Shown one piece after another: positions 32,461-38,783 of a DNA stretch of 38,783 nucleotides. Every line of letters starts with the position of its first letter. Position 1 is the stretch's first letter. Below the pieces are notes generated by a model. The model saw nothing but the letters and a program-made list of their open reading frames with translations, made no database searches and was not told the DNA's origin. The translations under genes were made by a program, and so were the position numbers. Location: positions 1 to 38,783 of IMG/VR virus record IMGVR_UViG_3300017903_002400, one strand, 5' to 3'. The stretch is from a virus (lineage: Duplodnaviria > Caudoviricetes).

Positions 32461-34545
32461 ATGGGACTTAACTCTGAATCCGTTATTAAAATTGTTGACC
32501 TTCTTTGCGAGGGTCCGATTGATGGCATTGAAGGCGGCCGAAAAGGCGTTTTTCTAGACGAAACAGCTTTAAAATCTAAAAACGGCGGCAATCTTGTAAG
32601 CCCAGACAAGGTCGATTACGAGTTAAGAGAAGGGAGCCGTACGCAAAATTATTTGCCACAAGCAAAAGGCAAAACATTTAATGTCGTCAACGTCGGCAAA
32701 GAGGTCGGCACCAATTACGAGGAGAAGTTGAATAGTGAAGGCACACTAGTTAAAAAACGTAACTATGGTGCAGGCGAGCAGGTTGTGCAGATTACGGACA
32801 CTGAGGTTGACAGTATTGATTTAATTTTTACTATTCCGCGTTTGTTTTCTACGGCGCAAGAAGGTCTTGTGAAAGGGCAGTTGTTTGATGCAGTAATCTT
32901 TTTTGATGTTTTAATTCAAGATCAAGGAAAGGGCAGTGCATTCGAAAAAGTTAAAAAATCAAGCTTCAACAGTGTAAGCGAAGATTTTAAGTCAAACGGC
33001 AAAGATCTCTTTTTTATAGAAGGCATAAGCACCACAAATTATCAATATAAAATAGGTGGCATTAAGCTAGAGGGCAAAGGCCCTTGGAACGTAAAAGTAA
33101 GAAAATACCCTGGGAAAAAATATCAAGGCTTCATCGCACACAAAGCAGACAAAGCGGAAGAGATTGATGGTGAGATTTTTAGGGCTGATTTTGGAGAATT
33201 TGAAGATGTCCCCAAACGAACACCCCTAAAGGATGGCCGAGCAAATACCCTTATTTGGTCAGCAATCGTTGAAAAATTCAACGTTAGATCAGCCTATCCA
33301 TTTTCTGCATGTGTAGGCATGAACATCTCAACGGAAGAGTTTCCAAATCTTCCAACGAGATCGTATCTGGTTCGCGGCAGAAAAGTTCGCGTGCCAGAGA
33401 ATGCAGTGCCAAGAGATGATGGCAGCCTTGAGTTTAACGGCAGCTTTGATGGCAGTCTTGGTGAAGCTGTTTGGACGACTTGTCCTGTTTCAATTTTCTT
33501 TGATTTACTTACGAACGAACGTTATGGGGCGGGTCATTTTATCGACGAAGACAATTTGAGTTGGGTGGACCTTTATCCCTTGGCGCGGTATGCAAACGAG
33601 CTTATTGATGGTGAGCCGCGTTTTGCCTGCAACGTCCATGTGTCATCTCAAGCTGAGGCCTTCACTGTTCTGCAGGACTTCGCCAGTGTTTTTAGGGGCA
33701 TGATGTATTGGCAGTCAAACATCATTCAGGTGACTGCAGACCACGGCAATCTTGATGGCTCGGACATTAACCCTGTTCATATTTTTTCAAACTCTAACGT
33801 CATTGATGGCGTATTCAATTACAGCGGATCTTCGCTAAAGACGCGCAGCACTAGCATCAAAGTTCGATATAGCGATCCAGAAAATTTCTACAAACCGAAT
33901 ATTGTTTGTATTGAAGACTCAAGCCTGATTGAAAAATACGGCTACCAAACCAAAGAAGTGCTTGCTTTTGGGTGTACCTCTAAAAAACAAGCCAAGCGGC
34001 TTGGACGTTGGATGATGAAATCAGAAGAGCTTGATGCAAACACGGTGACGTTTGCTGTCGGCCTTGATGGCGCTCTTGTGTTTCCTGGGCAGGTGTTTGC
34101 GATTCAAGATGAGTTGCGTGCCGGTGTGCGCTTATCTGGACGGATCTCTGGTACGTCTACGGACTTTGATGACAACACGACGATTATTGCCGATCAAGAG
34201 ATAGAGCTACCTACTGGAGACAATCGCACTTTGACTTGTGTTTTGACTGATGGTGGTATTGAAAGCAAGCCAATCGACGCATTGAACAGTTCTAATGCGC
34301 TTGTGGTGGTTACGGAAGCGTTTAGCAGTGAGCCGCTCCAAAACTCTATTTATTCAATCAGTGCTGACAATGTAAAGGAGCAAAAGTTTCGCTGCCTGTC
34401 AGTTGCGGACAATGGTGATGGGACGTTTGCTGTTGTTGCCGTTGAATTCAACGATAGCGTTTACGCAGCTGCCGACGAAGATGAAGAGCTAGTGTTTGAG
34501 GCCGTTACTACTCTTGATGAGCAGCCCCCTGTGCCTTTGATCTGA
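32461..34545 (+). CDS. Tail tip / host-specificity protein J, N-terminal part
   Basis: DLLCEGPI.G, FLDET, P.RSY.VRG.KV.VP, WT..P....DLLTNERYG.G, EPRF.CN, GCTS..QA.R.GRW. Confidence 0.92.
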   Translation: MGLNSESVIKIVDLLCEGPIDGIEGGRKGVFLDETALKSKNGGNLVSPDKVDYELREGSRTQNYLPQAKGKTFNVVNVGKEVGTNYEEKLNSEGTLVKKRNYGAGEQVVQITDTEVDSIDLIFTIPRLFSTAQEGLVKGQLFDAVIFFDVLIQDQGKGSAFEKVKKSSFNSVSEDFKSNGKDLFFIEGISTTNYQYKIGGIKLEGKGPWNVKVRKYPGKKYQGFIAHKADKAEEIDGEIFRADFGEFEDVPKRTPLKDGRANTLIWSAIVEKFNVRSAYPFSACVGMNISTEEFPNLPTRSYLVRGRKVRVPENAVPRDDGSLEFNGSFDGSLGEAVWTTCPVSIFFDLLTNERYGAGHFIDEDNLSWVDLYPLARYANELIDGEPRFACNVHVSSQAEAFTVLQDFASVFRGMMYWQSNIIQVTADHGNLDGSDINPVHIFSNSNVIDGVFNYSGSSLKTRSTSIKVRYSDPENFYKPNIVCIEDSSLIEKYGYQTKEVLAFGCTSKKQAKRLGRWMMKSEELDANTVTFAVGLDGALVFPGQVFAIQDELRAGVRLSGRISGTSTDFDDNTTIIADQEIELPTGDNRTLTCVLTDGGIESKPIDALNSSNALVVVTEAFSSEPLQNSIYSISADNVKEQKFRCLSVADNGDGTFAVVAVEFNDSVYAAADEDEELVFEAVTTLDEQPPVPLI

Positions 34546-36026
34546 TGCCAATCGAATTTCAGCTAATTTCAAAGGATGGCGGTTTGACAAATCGCGCCAT
34601 AGCCACTTGGTCACGCGGTGACGAAGGTTTCACTGCTGCTTTCGACGTAAAGCATCGAGTTGGCAAGGGTAGCTATACCCGAATCTTGAACACTACTGAC
34701 ACGTCTCTTACGGTAGAAGGCATTAAGCCTGGCAAGACCTTTGAGGTACAGGTCAGAGCTGTAAGCACTGGTTTCCCTCCTAGAAAATCTCCTTACGCTA
34801 TAGCCACCGGCATTGCGCCTGCATTGCCTAAAAACATTGCTGGCAGCACGAATCAAAATCTTGAACAAGCTGTAAGTAATGTCTCAAATTTAAGAATAAA
34901 AGCATTGAGTAGTGCTCAAGCTGTTCTTGAGTGGAAACCTCCAACAAACGAAAAGCTTAACAACGTAACAGCAGTTGTTAAACACTCAAACAAAACAGAT
35001 GGCACAGGATCTTTTGCAAACAGTGTAAAACTTGCTGAAGTCCCAGGCAACGCTAATAGTGTTGTCGTGCCATTGCTCAATGGTCAATATATTGTCAAGC
35101 TGAGGGATGACACTACCAACAATAAAAGCTCTGACGAAAAGAGCGTAACCCTAAACATTCCAGACCTTGAAGTAGGCAAGCTTGTTCACAACAGGCGTGA
35201 AGACCAGGACAGCCCTCCTTTTCAGGGCCTTCAGCGTTTTGTTTTCTACAGCTCAGACAATGACGCATTGGTTATTGACACCGACGCTTTGCTTGACGAG
35301 CTTGGAACATTTGATGACATCGGTGATTTTGACTTTGCTTCAATTAGGCGTTTCTTTGGAACGTATGAGTTTAAAGATCCAGTTGACCTTGGAGGCAAAT
35401 TTAACGTAAAACTAGAGCGCATCCTTGAAACTCGTGGCGACTATCCTAAGGATTCAGTAGACGATCGAGCTGATCTGGTTGACACATGGTCCGATTGGGA
35501 CGGACTCGTTCCAGATGACACATCCGCCATCGTTTATTTCCGAACCACTGATAACGCAGAGGTTGATGAAAGGATATTGCTAGAAAACGACGACGGTTTT
35601 GATCTTGAAGATGGCGACAGCCTGATTCAAGAGTCAACAAATACATTCAATGATTGGACGGTTCTAGACAAGGGCACGTTTGTAGGCAGAACGTTCCAGT
35701 TCAAGGCAGAGCTTGAAACAGGCCATGTTGACCAAACGCCTTTAGTTGATCAGCTGGGTTACAAAATCACAATTCCAGGGCGCACCGAAAACAGCGGCGT
35801 GCTCACCTCTAATGCTGGCTCCACCAAAGATATATCGTTTACAAATGCCTTTTATGAAACGCCTGCTATTTCAATCTTGGCGTACAACCTAGGCAGTGGC
35901 GACTACTATGAGGTGACAAGCACCAGTCGCACAGGCTTTACAATCGCCTTCAAGAACTCCAGCAACACGATCGTGGAAAAACAGTTCTTGTATGTTGCAA
36001 CAGGCTACGGGGCGGAGGTGAGCTAG
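34545..36026 (+). CDS. Tail tip protein J, C-terminal part (FN3-like domains), encoded as a separate ORF
   Basis: W...F.V...Y...VEG.KPG..FEVQVRAV FN3 pattern; GRTFQFK; TGATG-coupled. Confidence 0.8.
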   Translation: MPIEFQLISKDGGLTNRAIATWSRGDEGFTAAFDVKHRVGKGSYTRILNTTDTSLTVEGIKPGKTFEVQVRAVSTGFPPRKSPYAIATGIAPALPKNIAGSTNQNLEQAVSNVSNLRIKALSSAQAVLEWKPPTNEKLNNVTAVVKHSNKTDGTGSFANSVKLAEVPGNANSVVVPLLNGQYIVKLRDDTTNNKSSDEKSVTLNIPDLEVGKLVHNRREDQDSPPFQGLQRFVFYSSDNDALVIDTDALLDELGTFDDIGDFDFASIRRFFGTYEFKDPVDLGGKFNVKLERILETRGDYPKDSVDDRADLVDTWSDWDGLVPDDTSAIVYFRTTDNAEVDERILLENDDGFDLEDGDSLIQESTNTFNDWTVLDKGTFVGRTFQFKAELETGHVDQTPLVDQLGYKITIPGRTENSGVLTSNAGSTKDISFTNAFYETPAISILAYNLGSGDYYEVTSTSRTGFTIAFKNSSNTIVEKQFLYVATGYGAEVS

Positions 36027-36028
36027 TC

Positions 36029-37936
36029 ATGGCACAACACGAGTATTTCCTAGACAACCAAACGGCAGCCAACTATCGCACCGATCACAATAACTGTCTT
36101 GCTGCGATTGTCAGCAACAACAGTGGTGACAACGAGCCCTCGCCCACGTTTAGCTTCCAGATCTGGGTTGATACCAGCGGTGCGACCGATGTCGTCAAGC
36201 AGCGAAACTCGGCCAATGACGCTTGGATTGAGATTTACCAGCTAACGACGAGCGCACAGACTGTTGCTGCCCTAAGCGTTGTCGGGAACATCACTGTTGG
36301 TGGAACGGTAGACGGGCGAGACGTTGCCACAGATGGCACAAAGCTGGATGGCATTGAGGCCAGTGCTACTGCAGACCAGACTGGTGCTGAGATCAAGGCG
36401 TTATACGAAGCAGAGGCCAACGCTTTTACGGACGCTCAGTTCACCAAGCTCTCCGGCATTGAGTCAAACGCTACGGCTGATCAAACTGCGTCTGAAATTC
36501 TTACAGCAATCCTGACGGTTGATGGCATCGCTTCTGGGCTTGATGCTGATCTTTTGGATGGGCAGCACGGAAGTTATTACTTAGACAGAGCGAATCACAC
36601 GGGAAGTATTACCAGCGGCAACTTTAGTGGAACGGTAACTGCTGCCGATTTTGCTGTCACGAATGGCGGCACCATTGCGGACGTTACTGGTGATTATGGC
36701 TCGATAAAAGTTACTGGCGGCTCTACTGGCACTTGGAGAGGTTATGCGATTGAAGACGGAGCTGTCTTCATGCAGAATGATGCCGGAACGGCTTTTGGCC
36801 TTTACGACGACACAAATAATCATTGGGCGTTACGGCACGCAAAAAATGGTGAAACGAATCTTTATCACGACGGTTCGGTGAGGCTTTCGACCACGGCTGG
36901 TGGAGTAGACATTCCTCAAGAAATTACTGCCGTTAATGGCACTTTTAGTGGCCTCACTCGGGTTCTAGCTCGCTTTGATGTTGGTGATGGCAGTGCTACG
37001 GGCAGCTACCTTCGTATTTTAAAAGCCGACAATAATGTTTCCGACCATCTCCAGTTTTACAACGGGACAACCCGTGTGGGTGAGATCGGCTGCGAAGATA
37101 CAACGTGGCTAAGAATCAATCAGGAGACTGCTAAAAACATCTACACCCCACGCTATATGCGTGCTGATGGCGGGTTTTATATTGATGGAACTACTTTTGG
37201 ATTTACTGGCGACGCTACCCTTAAAACAAAGAACGGCACCTCTTCTGCTCCTAGTCATACTTTCGGCAATGATACAAATACAGGTGTTTTTCTAATCACT
37301 AGTGACTCCTTGGGGTTTGCCGCTGGAGGTACTCGGCGTGGCAGATTAACCGGCGATACTGTCGATTTTCCAGGCGTTTACAACGCAACGACTTCTGGCG
37401 GCACCACTGTAAAAGTCAACAGCAGCGGAAGATTGCGTCGTGCGTCTTCAAGCAGAAACGTTAAGACCAATATTGAGCCAATGGATGCAGCTTATGCCAC
37501 AAAGCTGCTGAATGAGGCTCAACCAGTTTGGTACCGACCCAGGATCCCTGACCCTGAGTATCCACAGCAATATCTAGACAGTATTGAGGAAAATGAATCG
37601 CCAGGCATATCTGAATGTGAAGCGTTCTGTTTAGACAATGGCATTGACTGGGAGGTTGGTGATAAGTGGATGAATGAAGGCGAGAACCCTGACCATAGTC
37701 ATTGGGGTTTCATCGCTGAAGACTTGGCCGAGGTTGATCCTCGACTGTGTTACCTCAACCCAGATACGAATACTTGGGACAGCGTTGATTACGAAAAATT
37801 CACCCCTGTCCTTTTGAAGCTTGCCCAAATGCAAAAAGAAGAGATCACGCAAACCAACTCACTATTGCAAACTGCTCTAACCAGAATTGAAGCGTTAGAG
37901 GCGAAGGTTACTGCGCTTGAAGCGGGCTCTTCTTGA
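36029..37936 (+). CDS. Tail fibre 1 with C-terminal peptidase S74-type chaperone
   Basis: VDGRDVA.DGTKLDGIE and GLDADLLDG modules; SSRNVK.NI...P.WY...GFIAEDL...V.YE; coiled-coil end. Confidence 0.9.
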   Translation: MAQHEYFLDNQTAANYRTDHNNCLAAIVSNNSGDNEPSPTFSFQIWVDTSGATDVVKQRNSANDAWIEIYQLTTSAQTVAALSVVGNITVGGTVDGRDVATDGTKLDGIEASATADQTGAEIKALYEAEANAFTDAQFTKLSGIESNATADQTASEILTAILTVDGIASGLDADLLDGQHGSYYLDRANHTGSITSGNFSGTVTAADFAVTNGGTIADVTGDYGSIKVTGGSTGTWRGYAIEDGAVFMQNDAGTAFGLYDDTNNHWALRHAKNGETNLYHDGSVRLSTTAGGVDIPQEITAVNGTFSGLTRVLARFDVGDGSATGSYLRILKADNNVSDHLQFYNGTTRVGEIGCEDTTWLRINQETAKNIYTPRYMRADGGFYIDGTTFGFTGDATLKTKNGTSSAPSHTFGNDTNTGVFLITSDSLGFAAGGTRRGRLTGDTVDFPGVYNATTSGGTTVKVNSSGRLRRASSSRNVKTNIEPMDAAYATKLLNEAQPVWYRPRIPDPEYPQQYLDSIEENESPGISECEAFCLDNGIDWEVGDKWMNEGENPDHSHWGFIAEDLAEVDPRLCYLNPDTNTWDSVDYEKFTPVLLKLAQMQKEEITQTNSLLQTALTRIEALEAKVTALEAGSS

Positions 37937-37995
37937 GCGACAGGGTGGCTGCGGCTATGATCAGCAAAAGTCTGTAGACACTTCGCGTAGCTCCC

Positions 37996-38783
37996 ATGCC
38001 AGTTCATGATATGCACATCGCGAACCAAGCCGGAAGTGGATTCCGTGCTGATTTAAACAATGCCCTGCTGGCAATCGTTAGCAACAACAGCAGTGCAACT
38101 CAGCCTGCATCCACGTTTTCCTTCCAATACTGGGTAGACACCTCCACCAGCCCAGCGTTGCTGAAGCAACGGAATGCAGCAAATGACGCTTGGATTACCC
38201 AAGGGCAAATTGGTGGACAGTTTTATTTGACAGACGGAACTGTCGCGGCCCCTAGCCTTGCCTTTGAAGACGACAGAAATACAGGGTTTGCGACAACAGC
38301 AGAGGATCAGATCTCTGTTGTTACCGGTGGAACGGAAAGAGTTTCGGCGGCCAGTTCAACTCTGCATTTTTATGGCAACGGCGGTGCTGCAGACAGCTAC
38401 AGGTTCTACAAGGACGGATCAGCAAATCATGGCAAGTTAAGCTTTGAAAGCTTGACTGCTAATCGAACTTTTACGTTTCCGGATTCTGACGGCACGGTTC
38501 TGCTGTCAACTTCAACGGTTACTACAGCGACGAACGCAACCAACGCTGACAACGTTCAGATCGATAGCGACACATCAGACGCCACACGTTATGTCACTTT
38601 TGCTGATGGTGGTGGTGGCGCTGACGAAAGAGTCAAAGTAGACGGCGGCCTTACTTATAACCCAAGCACAAATGTGCTGACAGCTGGCAGCTTCAGTGGT
38701 CCGCTCACTGGAAACGTAACCGGCAATGTCACTGGCAACGTAACTGGCGACGTAACTGGTGATTTAACAGGCAATGCTGATTC
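37996..38783 (+). CDS. Tail fibre 2, N-terminal part (continues across the junction into 2-976)
   Basis: ATG 37996 (MPVHDMHIANQ...) is open to the window end; N-terminus paralogous to fibre 1. Confidence 0.9.
   Translation, partial: MPVHDMHIANQAGSGFRADLNNALLAIVSNNSSATQPASTFSFQYWVDTSTSPALLKQRNAANDAWITQGQIGGQFYLTDGTVAAPSLAFEDDRNTGFATTAEDQISVVTGGTERVSAASSTLHFYGNGGAADSYRFYKDGSANHGKLSFESLTANRTFTFPDSDGTVLLSTSTVTTATNATNADNVQIDSDTSDATRYVTFADGGGGADERVKVDGGLTYNPSTNVLTAGSFSGPLTGNVTGNVTGNVTGDVTGDLTGNAD
38643..38783. repeat. Terminal direct repeat, right copy (circular assembly overlap)
   Basis: Identical to 1-141. Confidence 0.97.

Noticed and set aside
36029-38220. Fibre N-terminal similarity as a DGR template/variable pair or an invertible cassette
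   Set aside because: Differences are mostly synonymous rather than adenine-specific, and there is no reverse transcriptase, invertase or inverted crossover site

Overview
This window appears to be a complete, circularly permuted genome (about 38,642 bp) of a lambdoid-tailed siphovirus. Bases 1-141 are identical to 38643-38783, and one tail-fibre ORF reads through that junction. The host is probably a picocyanobacterium (Synechococcus-like), inferred from a cyanobacterial-type sigma-70 factor, a cyAbrB regulator and small proteins I recognise from cyanophages. Gene order: tail fibres; accessory envelope and lysis region; HNH and dCTP deaminase; a leftward early/recombination block (RusA, small genes, exonuclease, ERF, HTH, SSB, sigma factor); a rightward replication block with an iteron origin; terminase, portal, head, neck and tail genes. 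I saw no integrase, CI-like repressor, tRNA, CRISPR array or reverse transcriptase. The most interesting signals are non-coding. They include a terminator loop exposing the seed of the host porin-regulating sRNA Yfr1 just downstream of a phage outer-membrane protein gene, an OOP-like antisense RNA in front of the replication gene, a three-hairpin RNA, repeated CAGGGTGC operators, CUGUG-capped hairpins before head genes, and -10 hexamers that double as stop codons. All product calls come from motif recognition by eye, not database searches.
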